Origin: the human T2T-CHM13v2.0 reference genome, Homo sapiens
DNA length: 64,000 nucleotides
Direction: 5' to 3' (one strand)
Assembly: GCF_009914755.1 (NCBI RefSeq)
Contig: NC_060930.1
This document shows positions 53,151 to 64,000 of this stretch, piece after piece; positions within the stretch are counted from its first letter, which is position 1, and every line of letters begins with the position of its first letter. Made by a program: the position numbers and the translations under genes. The notes beneath the pieces were generated by a model. It was not told where the DNA came from and ran no database searches. It was given only the letters and a program-made list of their open reading frames with translations.

Positions 53151-54341
53151 AGAGGGATGATTTCCACCAAAGCAGCATGCTGCCCTACTGTGGGAGAGGA
53201 TGGGGGATGGGGTAGGGGTGGGCTGGGAGCCATCACATTGTCTGCCTCCCAGTGACCTGGTCTTTGGTCTTAGGTACAATCTGAGCCTCAGGGCGTCCTA
53301 GTGAAAGCATGGCATTTAGATACTGACAGACCCTATTTGGATATCAGATCTGCCACTCTCAGGTTAAGGAAGCTTTAACAAGTTGCTTAATCTCAATGAG
53401 CCTCAGTTTTCCCAGCTGTAAACTAGGCATAATTCTTCCTGCCTTTCAGGGAATTAACATATGCAGGAGAGTCTGCATGGTGCCTGGACCCCACATCTGT
53501 CCAGATGCCTGGACAACTGATATGTGGTAACAATAATTATGAGAATTTTTAAGCCACAGATCTCAGGAGTAGGCTGTCTGTTCCCCAACCACCCTACCAC
53601 TGCTGTCTGCTAGAAGCAAAAAGCTCTTTGTGTTGCATTTGAGCCAGAGGCCAGTACAAAGGTTTCAGGTGACCTGCTGAGCTTCTTCTTGTTCTCAAGT
53701 TGCTGGTGAGTCAGGGCCCATGGGCATGTGGCTGATCCCCTCATCTGCCCCCGGGCATCCTAGGAGAGCTTGTTCCAGGTAACACACTCAGAGCTGGCAG
53801 GCACACGGCTATGAAAAGCTTTTAGTTCGCTAACAAAGTACTAAGCAAGATTCTGGGAGTAAATAAAGGAATAGTCTTGACCCTGAACATTGGTGTCGGG
53901 CTTGAAGGCAGGAGCGTGGGCTTTGGAGTCAGACAGCACTGGTTCCAATCCTGGTGTTGCCACTTAGGACCTGTGTAGTTTACCCCTTGGGAAATGATTT
54001 CCTCCTTTGTAATAAGAAAATAATAATCAGGCTCATTTCATGGGTTTGTTTTGAGGACTGACTGCAATAAACCATGCAAGGAACCTAGGACTGTGTCAGA
54101 AATTAATGATTGATAAAGGTTAATGCTATCATGATCAACTGCCAATAAAAATATTTCAAGAATCTCTCTGCATTGCGTCTGTAACATTCTAGGATTTGTT
54201 GATTATATCTGGGGTTCAAGAAAATTTACAGGATGCTCATATTATGCCAGTTCAACTTGCATCAACATCAATTCATTCAACTGATATTTACTGAGCACCT
54301 ACCAAGTGCCAGGTACTCTGCCAGGAGCTGAAAACACAACT

Positions 54342-54476
54342 AGGCAGCCAGGTATGGTCATGCAGGTTGTGCACTGCACAATTTCATGTGCCTAGTCACA
54401 TCCTAATCTGTGTAAATGCCCCCCATGCTCTGGAACTGTGCAGTGCACAAACTGTCTGGACATACGAGGTGCCCTG
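54342..54476. mobile_element. MER91-like palindromic MITE inside L2
   Basis: Inverted repeat tgtgcactgcaca (54368-54380) / tgtgcagtgcaca (54437-54449). Confidence 0.75.
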
Positions 54477-56324
54477 CCTACTCTCTACTCAAATCATTCC
54501 ACCAATATATAATTCAAAACTCAGATGTGTGTAATGAGGAATAGGCAAAGGAGGGCTGGAGTGAGGTCCAAACCATGTAGAACCTCATTGGCTGGGTTAA
54601 AGACTTGGATTTTTATCCTTGGAGCAATGGGAAGCCATTGGAGGATTTCTAAGGGGGAGCAACACAATCCAATTTGCATTTTTAAAATATCCTCTGGCTG
54701 CTATGTAGAGAATGGATTACAGGGACAAGTGTGGAAAGCAAGGTGTCCTCCATGAGGCTTTTCCAGGAGAAAAATGGTCACATCTTGGACTGGGTGGCAG
54801 GAAAAAATGAAAAGAGGAAGAAATTCAGGGGTTTACATGGGCTGGGGGTGGGGAGAAGAAGGAGTAGATGGAGGCTGGGCATTTTTTCTGAGAGGGGAGC
54901 CAGAAGGAAGACCACGTTTGCTCCAGACTTCCTAACAAAATCTTCTGTGAAGGGCTTTATGGTGCACCTTCTGTTTCCGTGCCTTGAGACACTTAACATT
55001 TCCTCAGCAGCTGCAAGAGTCAAGCTATAAAGGGCAAGCAGGGAAGTGGGTGGTGGGGCAGGCTCGGGGACAGAACTCCAGCTCAAAGCCCTGGCTCAGG
55101 AAGATGCTATAATCTCAACCAGGTCAAGGTCATGTCTAAGTCAGGAGCTATGCTGAAAGCCTCGACACAGAGCTGCAATCCTCATCCATAAGTGACAGCA
55201 AATCCAGTGTTTGAATTCCCTATGGGATTGCACCTTTATGGGAACCTGCCTGAGGCACTGGAAAGATGAGTCAACCCCAGGCACCGGAAGCATGCGAGAC
55301 CTCAGAAGTCTACCTGTTGGAAAGCCTATTATTAGACTTCTAAACTGCCTCAATCTAGCCCACAGAGGCACATCCTACCTGTATGCAAATCTCCTTTCCA
55401 CCCTTAAGTCATTCATTAGTCACCAATGTCTCCCCAGCTTCCAAATCTAGTTCCGCTCTGGAGAGATTACCTAGGGCAGAGTGGGCACCTCTGAGGGCAA
55501 AGGTCCCACAAAGATCAACTGCCCTGATTCTCCACCACAAAGGGTGACAATGGGCCACTGCCCTGGCAAACAGGCCACCTCCTCCCTGGAGGACAGCTGG
55601 ACCTCTGAGTACCTTTCTCTCCGAAGCTCAGCTGCAGACCCAAGCCTCAGAGTGGGTCACAGGGTGAGGGACCGGCAGGGTGCCAGATAACTCAGTGGAT
55701 ATTTACAAAATGGCTTGCGAAGCAGGTTAGGGTCAAACTTTACCAAAAATTCAGTCTTTCAAAGAGTGTAACTGTGAGATGCAGACTTCCCATCAAAAGA
55801 GTCCAAAGCACGTTGTCTTTTAGTGTGTGCTATCCCCCTGTTCATTCATTCATTCAGAAAATGTGAATGGAGCACTTTGTGTTTGGCAACGTGCTAGATC
55901 CTAGGAAGAATTCAGACACTGAGAGGGGCAGGGTTGCCACCTGTTGGGAGTTTGCATTCTAGTGTGTTGGGACCTAACAGTCTCCCTTTGCCTGAGGTCT
56001 GAAAGCTTCTGCTCATTGTCTAGATGTGTCCCTATCATTCTTCTCAAACCTGAGAGGAGGTGCATTAAAAAAAATAACCGGTGCACCTCCTGATTGTAAC
56101 GAGACCTGCCCAGCAGAAACCAGGATACTCCTGGAGTATTCAGCCAAAGCGGATAACAACCATGAGCTCAACCCCTTGTGGACAGGATGTAGAACAGATT
56201 ATTAAGTAGGGCTTGCCAATACCTAGAGAAATAAATAGTAATAAAACTAGCTAACATTTGAGCTTTACATGTGCTATTACTAATTCAGTGCTCATAACCA
56301 CCTTACGAAATTGGTATGATGATT

Positions 56325-56819
56325 TTTATTGACAAATAACATTTGTACAAATGATACTTTGTTACATGCATAGAATGTGTAATTATTGAGTCAGGGTATT
56401 TAGGGTAACTACTGACTCAAGTATTTACCATTTGTATGGGTTGAGAACATTTCAAGTCCTCACTTTTAGCTATTTTGAAATGTACAATACATTGTTTTTA
56501 ACTACAGTCACCCTACTCTACTACTGAGCATTAGAACTTATTCCTTCTCTCTAACTGTATGTTTGTATCCATTAACCAACCTCTCTTCGTCCTCCACACC
56601 CCATACCCACAACCTTCCTGGCCTCTGGCATTCTATCATTCTACTCTTCACGTCCACAAGATCAACTTTTTAAAAAGCTCCCACACATGAGTGAGAACAT
56701 GCGATGTTTGTCTTTCCATATCTGGCTCATTTCGCTTACCATAATGACCTCCAGTTTCACCCATGTATGCTCAGCAAATGACAGGATCTCATTCTTTTTT
56801 ATGGCCAAATAGTATTTAA
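56325..56819 (-). mobile_element. L1MA 3' end inserted in a MIR
   Basis: TSD ttgg(c)tatgatgatt; gctcccacacatgagtgagaacatgcg signature. Confidence 0.88.
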
Positions 56820-57977
56820 TTGGCTATGATGATTACTTGGACTCTGCAGATGAGGATATTGAGACAGAGAATGTGGTTAACAGCTTTGCCCAGTGCCACG
56901 CAGGTAGCAAGTAGCAGAGCCAGGATCCACACCGAGGCACCTGGCTCCAGGGCTGTGCCCTAACTGCTGCGCCACACTGCTTCTCCTGGGAGTGCCCCCT
57001 GGAGAGAAGCATGAATGCACTGGGAGAGAGTGTGTCCATGCATCCATGTTGCCCTCCTGGCAGGGTGCCAGGATTAGCATATCAGTAAAAGACAGTAGAT
57101 ACGGGGTTTCTGGACAAGACCAGAGAACTATACTGTGTGGTTGGGACAGTGACTGGTTGAATGACTGTCTTCAAGGGGAAGCAGTGACTGGGTTGGTGTT
57201 ACCCTGGAGGGGCACGTCCTTGAGGAGGGCCACAGGGCATGGAGTTTGCCACCTAGAACATTGGAACCAAACATTCCAACAAAGATGCCCTCAGCCTTGG
57301 CCCACTGAGCATGTTCGTCAGTGACTCGGATACTCAGGGGTGAGGCTGTGCCTACTGAGTCTGCAGAGGCAGGAGGGAGAGCCGGTGCAGGCCATATAGA
57401 CCTCTGTCTCCCAAGCTGGTGGTCTCCCTGGAGGAGGAGAGAAGACGATTACAAGCTTCAATGAGATGACTTCTGGCAAACAAAAGCAGTCACCGCTTAG
57501 CAGAAGGAGGCATTTATTGGCAGGTAGGACCTGGCTGGACGCAGTGGGGATGCTGGTTTTGTGGTCTCCTGTCCCAGTCCTAGACACTCTGGAGCCTGGG
57601 CTTTAAATCCCATAAGGCCGCTGGCTGAGTCAGCCTCAAAGAGCTGCTTAGCCTGTAGGCTGCTTCCTGTGACTGGATCCCTCAGAAGTAATATCAGAAA
57701 TGAGATTTGTGAGCAGAGGCTGAGCTGGGAGAAGAGTCGGCTCTGTTGGCTTGGTTTGCACTGTCACCTCCAACCCATGTGAATGCCTGTGAGTCTCCTG
57801 TTAAATCCCCTCCAAAGCCTCAGCTAAAAGACATCCATGTCACTGCTACTTACGTATTAGCAGGAATTAGTTTCTTGGTTCCCAGGCCAAGGACTAAGAA
57901 GCACCCAAGAGAGGCTAAGGAACCGCCCAAGACAGACTGGCACCCAGGGGCCTCTGCAAAGCCAGATGGGAGGATGG

Positions 57978-58390
57978 ATTATCTCCCATTGCTGTGGAAC
58001 CACGAACTCTGTGGCTTAAAACAACACCCACTTATTATATCACAGTTCTGTAGGGCGGAAGTCTGGTACAGCATGGCTCAGCTTAGGGTCTCACGGTCCA
58101 AAATCAAGGTATCCACTAGCCTGGGCCCTGATCCAGAGGCTGTGGAAGAGAATTCAGGATCTAGCCCCTTTCTGATGTCATCCAAGAGCCTCTCTCTGCT
58201 CTGTAAAGCCACTCTCGCCACTGCTCCCTCCATCTTCAAACAGCAAAAGTGGGTCAAGTTCTTCTCACACTTCCAATCTCTCTGACTTCCCTCAGCCATA
58301 TCTCTTCTGCCTTTCTCCCCTGCCTCATCTCTCTGACTCCAGCCAGAGAAAGTTTTCTGCTTTTAAGCCCCTCTGTGATTAGAATGGGCC
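57978..58390. mobile_element. MLT1 LTR
   Basis: gtggcttaaaacaacacccacttattatatcacagttctgtagg...agagaaagttttctgcttttaag. Confidence 0.75.
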
Positions 58391-59575
58391 ATGTTTTCAT
58401 GTAACTTGTGGCAAGCTTTTATTAAAAAAAATTTTCTTGTAGCATGTGTTGACCTACAGCTGGAATTCCATGTATGGGCTTAAAAAAAAAGATCTCAAAA
58501 GACAAAGGATAGAGAAGAGGTGGTAACTGGTGACAGCATCATTCCCTACCCTATGCACACACATGCACATGTGCACACGCATACATGCACACACACACAG
58601 ACCCGCACATACGCACATGCTGGGTGCCTGCATTGCACTATTCCTGGAATATAACACACACTAAGTAGATGTCATGAGTAACATCACAAGCCACCGCAGC
58701 CTAGGGGTATCACAGCCCCCACATAACAGTGACAAAATAGTATCTCTTCACTCGTGCATCAACTGTGTGCACCACTGCCAGGAGTGCTAGGCCCTGTCTC
58801 TGTCCCTGCCTCACAGTTTAGCTGTAGAGAAGGATGAGTTACCCCTAGAACATAGTGTCAGGAGGGGCATGATAGGAGTCAAAAGAAAGTGTACAAGCCC
58901 TAGTCCGAAGAGCTGAGGGAACATCCCAGTTTCCGCTCCATGAACACTTTTCCCTGCCTTCATTCTCCTGGAGTGAAGGTATCCACCAGCTTGGACCCTT
59001 ATCTGGAGGCATGATCTCCCTGCCCCCATGACTCCACTTCCAAAAGGGATGGATGACACGTCACCCCTGCAAGAAACCCAGGGCTGGCATGGCAGAGCTG
59101 CTCAGGGTCATGCCTGCCTGTCAGCTGACTGTCCCTGCTCCAGGGTGTGTGTCTCAGTGTGTCTGTGTGTGATCTATTCTAGAGTCATGCACACACACAT
59201 ACACACTCATGCACGCACGTGTGCACACACACTCCAGGGCTTAGTGCCAAGATCCCTTATCCCCTCTCTGTCTCCTCCTCTGTCCATCCCTCACTGGGCC
59301 ACGGAGGGCCTTGGTGGTCCAGGCACACCTGTTTGGCACCCACATGACTCCACTGCTTCAGAGAGAAGGGGTGAGACAGAAGCCTCCTGTGAGCTGGGGG
59401 AGCTGCCCCGCCCGGCCTCCCCCTTGCTTCTCCTCTTGTCTCTCTATCTTATCCAGAGGTGGAGGCTCCATCTAACTCCAGCCCCTGCCTGTCCAGAGTG
59501 GCCCCATGATGCAACCCAGGCGTCATGAGGGAGGTTCCCAATTGTGACACAGGCGTTTGATTCCACTTAATGGGA

Positions 59576-59950
59576 TGTATCAGTTAGGAACAGTTCTGGC
59601 TGTGTATAACAGGATACCCAAATTTTAATAATTTTATCATAAATACGTGAAATTATCTCACAAAACAGGAAGCCCAGATAGCTGGTCCCAGGACGTAGTG
59701 GTTCAGAGATGTCCGCAGATCCAGGCTTTCCCCAGCATCTTCCTCTGCCGTCCTCATCCTGACAACACGGAGTGCCCCTTTGTCACAAGATGGCAGCCAC
59801 AGCTTCAAACATTACACCTTCACACAACAGCATTCCAGGCAGATAGGAGTGATGCAGGGGCTTTGTTTTCACATGGCTTCTATTCCAAGTATGAGGTGGT
59901 TTCAGAACTCCTGTCAAGCCAAGACAATCAGGAGTGATTGCGACAGTTCA
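59576..59950. mobile_element. MLT1-like LTR
   Basis: tgtatcagttaggaa...tcacaagatggcagccacagcttca. Confidence 0.6.
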
Positions 59951-59967
59951 CAGCTTAAAGTTTCTTT

Positions 59968-60216
59968 CTTTTTTTTAAAAAAATTATTATTATACTTTAA
60001 GTTCTAGGGTACATGTGCGCAGCGTGCAGGTTTGTTACATATGTACACATACGCCATGTTGATGAGTTCATGTCCTTTGTAGGGACGTGGATGAAGCTGG
60101 AAACCATCTTTCTCAGCAAACTATCTCAAGGACAAAAAACCAAACACCGCATGTTCTCACTCATAGGTGGGAATTGAACAATGAGAACACTTGGACACAG
60201 GAAGGGGAACATCACA
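59968..60216 (-). mobile_element. Short L1PA (PA3-5-like) insertion with 5' inversion
   Basis: Antisense 3' end (59968-60060) joined to a sense upstream 3'UTR piece (60061-60216); TSD tcacagcttaa. Confidence 0.9.
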
Positions 60217-60829
60217 GCTTAATGTTTTCTTTCCGTAGTCTCCTTTGTTCCCATGGAAAGAAGCTCAGAGCCAAGATTTGATTAAGCCCAACTCATTTAC
60301 CAAGGAGGCTCAGTGTTCTCTTCCTGCGAGTTCTCACCAGCCACACCCATGCCCTCTGCCTGTCCTATTCCTTTTTCCATGATCTCTTTCTACCCGTATG
60401 TCTGTGTGGCACCCCCAAGAGTGAAATAATGTCATGTAATGGATCTGCAGTCCCAGAGGTGGGGGTCAAAGTGACTCTGTCAAATGACTAAATCCACTAA
60501 ATCTAGAAAGAATGTTTGTGATTCCTTCCCTTCCTTCATTTAACAATTTCACACTCATCTTGTACGAATGCCAGGCACTGTGCATGGGAACAAAGACTCA
60601 TGGCCCTGTCTTCATGAAACTCATAATCTAGTGGGGAGAGGGACAATATCAGAGAGTCACAAAAATAAGTGCATTGTCACGCTTTGTGATATATGCTCTG
60701 AAGGACACATGGAGGTGGTGTGGGCTCTGAGAGCCTCTGATGTGGTCTGGGTGGGGGTGTGCAGAGTAAGGAAAAGCCAGAATCAAGAGGGGGTGGGAGT
60801 TAGCCAGGCCAATGTGAGATGAACACAGA

Positions 60830-61029
60830 CAGTGGTGGGCTGCAGCTGGCAGGTACCAGCTTTCCAGAGCTGACTGTGCACATCACATTCCAGCTCTGCT
60901 ATCAGCAACTTTGTGTTGGTGGCTTGAAATAAGCCACAGAGGGTGTACTTGTACTACAGAAATTGGTAACCACTACAAATCAGGGCTTTCTTCCCTGGAG
61001 AGCCAGGAATATTTACCAGCCTGCCACTG
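60830..61029. mobile_element. MER63A-like hAT element
   Basis: Termini cagtggtgggctg...cagcctgccactg; internal ggtggcttgaaat...cactacaaatcagggc. Confidence 0.7.
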
Positions 61030-64000
61030 AGACAAGGGGTGACTTCTGAGCATGTGCGAAGCTGGAGGCCCACAGTCATTGTTTAAAGTCATTTCTCTAC
61101 AAAGTTCTGCAGGCTTGTGCAGACAAGGTACAGATTCTCACCTGTCGGATGCATCACTGAACAATAGTTCTGAATCTCCCCACACTTAGGGCTGTGCGGC
61201 TGAGAGCATTAAGATCCCATGAGAAAGAGTGAGCCAGCATTTCATCATGATAGGTGTGACCATGGCAACAAACCATCAGAAGGGTTTTTCGTTTGTTGTT
61301 TTAACCCACAGGGTATTCTAGGTCTCCCTGGTGCCCCCAGCTCTCCTTCAAGTGCAATCACAGGGTCTCTCCAAGCCCATCCTTGGTTACTCTCCTCTGC
61401 AGACCATCTGCTCAAATTAAAGCAAATCTAATTTCTTCCCTCCTTGACTCCTGGCTTCCAGATCACTCTCTTCCCCAGATCCGTCCTTTTGTGACCAGCT
61501 CACACCTTCTCAGAATGTAGTCTCTCATAACTGGGTACAGTGCATCCTCTACATTTCCCTTTTAAACCCACCTCCTTCAGGAAGCCTTCCCTGATTACCC
61601 CAACTCCACCTTGATGCCTCATTTTGTTTGGTGTCTCTTAGTAGATGTGCTTTTCATTTTCCCCACGGGGGCTAGTGGCTTTGAAACTATTCTCAAGTTA
61701 ATTCACAGGTGTGCAGTCAGACTTTCCCTTAGAGTATATGCTCCTTAAGGTCAGAAAGTTCATCTTAATATTACTATTATTATTATTTATAACTCCTAAA
61801 AAAGGCAAAAATGAGGTAGGCACTTGGAGACATGACCCAAATGCGTAGTCAGCCATTATAAAGTTGTAACAGTGAGTTCTGGAAAGGAGGAGTGTGAGCA
61901 GAGGAGGAAGAGCATGAGGCTGTTTTTTACCTCCTTGTCCAAAGGGAGACAAGGCCCTAGGGATGGAGTTGTTAAGCCAAGGTCAAGCATGAGCCTTCTA
62001 CCCCCTCTCCAATGACCAGCCATGGGGCCTTGGGCTCTTCTACCTCTCTGTCTTTCTCTAGGCCTCCCTTTTCTCATCCCCACAATAGGACAGTAAAACC
62101 AAGCTCAGGGGTGGAGCATGGTGGGTAAAGAACAGTGCACGTGAGTGGCACGTAGCAGCACACACCACAGCACTCAGAGACTGCGACTGTGCCCCTGGCA
62201 GAGGGGAAAGAAGAGGGTCTGACTCCTGTCCCCACAGGACGCTGCGAGAATTGTTTATCCTTGTGTGCACCGTCTCTCCCTCCCTGGATTCATCTGTTTT
62301 ATTTATCCTTGTTTCCCCGCCAGCCTCTGCACATAGTAGGTGTGCTTACTATTTGTTGAATGGAGACACCAGTTGTGGAATATCCAGTCATCTGACAGCA
62401 GTCATTTTGACATGAACAGTGAGGTTTTTCCAGCAGCTTTTCCCCACCTCCCTTCCTCCGCCTGCAGTAGTGCATTCATCTGGGTCCCATGATTCAGCCT
62501 CTGGCTTTTGCTTTGCCCCCTGGCTACCCAGGCAGCCTATGGCATCCTCAGCTGCGCTGGACGCCCCCTTCCTATTGTCCCCCAGTCTGACCCTTCGCAC
62601 GTCGTCCCTGCTGTGACAGCTGCTCTTTTAAGTCTGTGCAGATTCTCTGACCTAACGTGTCCCTGCTCTCCAATCTCAGTCTTGCGGTTGCCGGGTCACC
62701 CTGTGGTTTGCTGAAGGTCAACTCTGGAGGACTCCCAATTTTCTCAAGTGGAATCTAAATCTGCCCCTTGGAGGGGCTCAGTGGAGAGTGCCGGGTGGTA
62801 GGTCCTGCCCAGAGTTCTGGCTCCTTCCTCTAAATGGGACCTGCCCCCACCCCCAAATACCTAAGAGGCATCTAGCATTGAAGGGGCCCCTTCTCCTTTC
62901 ATTTTTTCTGCTTCAACTCAGCTATTTATTAGCCAGCATCTTGACTTGAGAGAGGCCCTCTGGGCCAGCAGGCCTGGCTCCACTTGAGGTTCCCAGACCT
63001 TTCCAGGAAGGGTTACAGCAGGCTCGACACCCCCTGGTTTCCTAGAAAAAAAAGGGGAGCCGTCGGCAGAGGTGGGCCCTGTCCTCATATACTCCATGGT
63101 GACGTCCTTGGCAGCTACTGCCAGCTGTATCCACCTTGGGGAGATGACTTCCTCAACCAGAAGCCTGAGACCCCTAACCCACAGCATAGCATTCCCTGTG
63201 GCTCTGGGCTCCCCTCCCACAAGGCAGCTGCCACACCCCTAAGCCCCTCAACAGTCCTCTCCAGGGATGGAAGCCAGGACGCCAATCCCAGGCTCTGTCC
63301 AGGCTCCCGTGTGCCACTTCCTCCTTTTCTTTCTTGTTGCTCCTTCCCTTCCCTCCTTTCCTCTCTCTGGCTCATAAAGCCAAGGCTGTACTCCAGCCAT
63401 AACTCAGAATTGTGACCAGATGACCATGTAACTGAATTGAACTCTTCTCAGTCATGACATCACATCATTCTAGAAACCTCTGCTTTGGCTCTGCTGACGA
63501 GTTCACATCCACTTTAAGGTTTGGCTCCAAAGCCACTGGTCTTACTTGCTCCATATTACCTAAAAAGAGCTACTTATGCTCTGCAAACCTCTGCAGCCTC
63601 TGAGGTCAACTGCAGCACATGTAGCGACCATTCCAACGTTCTGAAGCCCATGATGCTTTTGGCTCCTCGGAGCCCTTCTGCGGAAATCCCTGCAACCACT
63701 AACCAAGTATTTTTCAAATCCCCTTTAAATAAGTTCGTGTTTTCAAAACACAGAAAGCAATGGTGAGGCTCAGCTACTCCCAGGCTACACCAGAAAGAGA
63801 GGAACCAGGGACTCACCCCTCGCCACTTCCATCTCTCCCCTCTCTCTCATCCTCACCCTCCCACAAAATCTAGTTTTCTGCCAGGAGCAGCTCGTCACAG
63901 TTTGCGTAGTAAGTTTCATACAGACAGGTTCCTGGAAGGTGAGGTTTGATCCTTATCTTTGGAGAGCGGGCCACAGTAATAATACATAATAATGTAATAA

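Overview
Human (primate) genomic DNA: about ten Alus including a human-specific AluYa5, plus L1, L2, MIR, MaLR/ERVL LTRs, DNA-transposon fossils and microsatellites. There is no intact protein-coding gene, RNA gene or CRISPR array, and the long ORFs in the track are mostly repeat or GC artefacts. The main non-obvious signal is on the minus strand between about 26.3 kb and 1.5 kb. There I read a chain of about 19 segments, essentially free of transposons and mostly bounded by AG...GT splice signals. Almost all are symmetric phase-2/phase-2 exons that splice into one mostly open frame of roughly 1,500 codons, broken by scattered stops (mostly TGA) and three single-base frameshifts. This pattern suggests a decayed multi-exon gene (candidate unitary pseudogene, possibly still transcribed as a lncRNA). 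I could not identify the protein or locus. Splice sites were picked by eye and need cross-species alignment to confirm. Repeat subfamily names come from memory of consensus sequences and are approximate.
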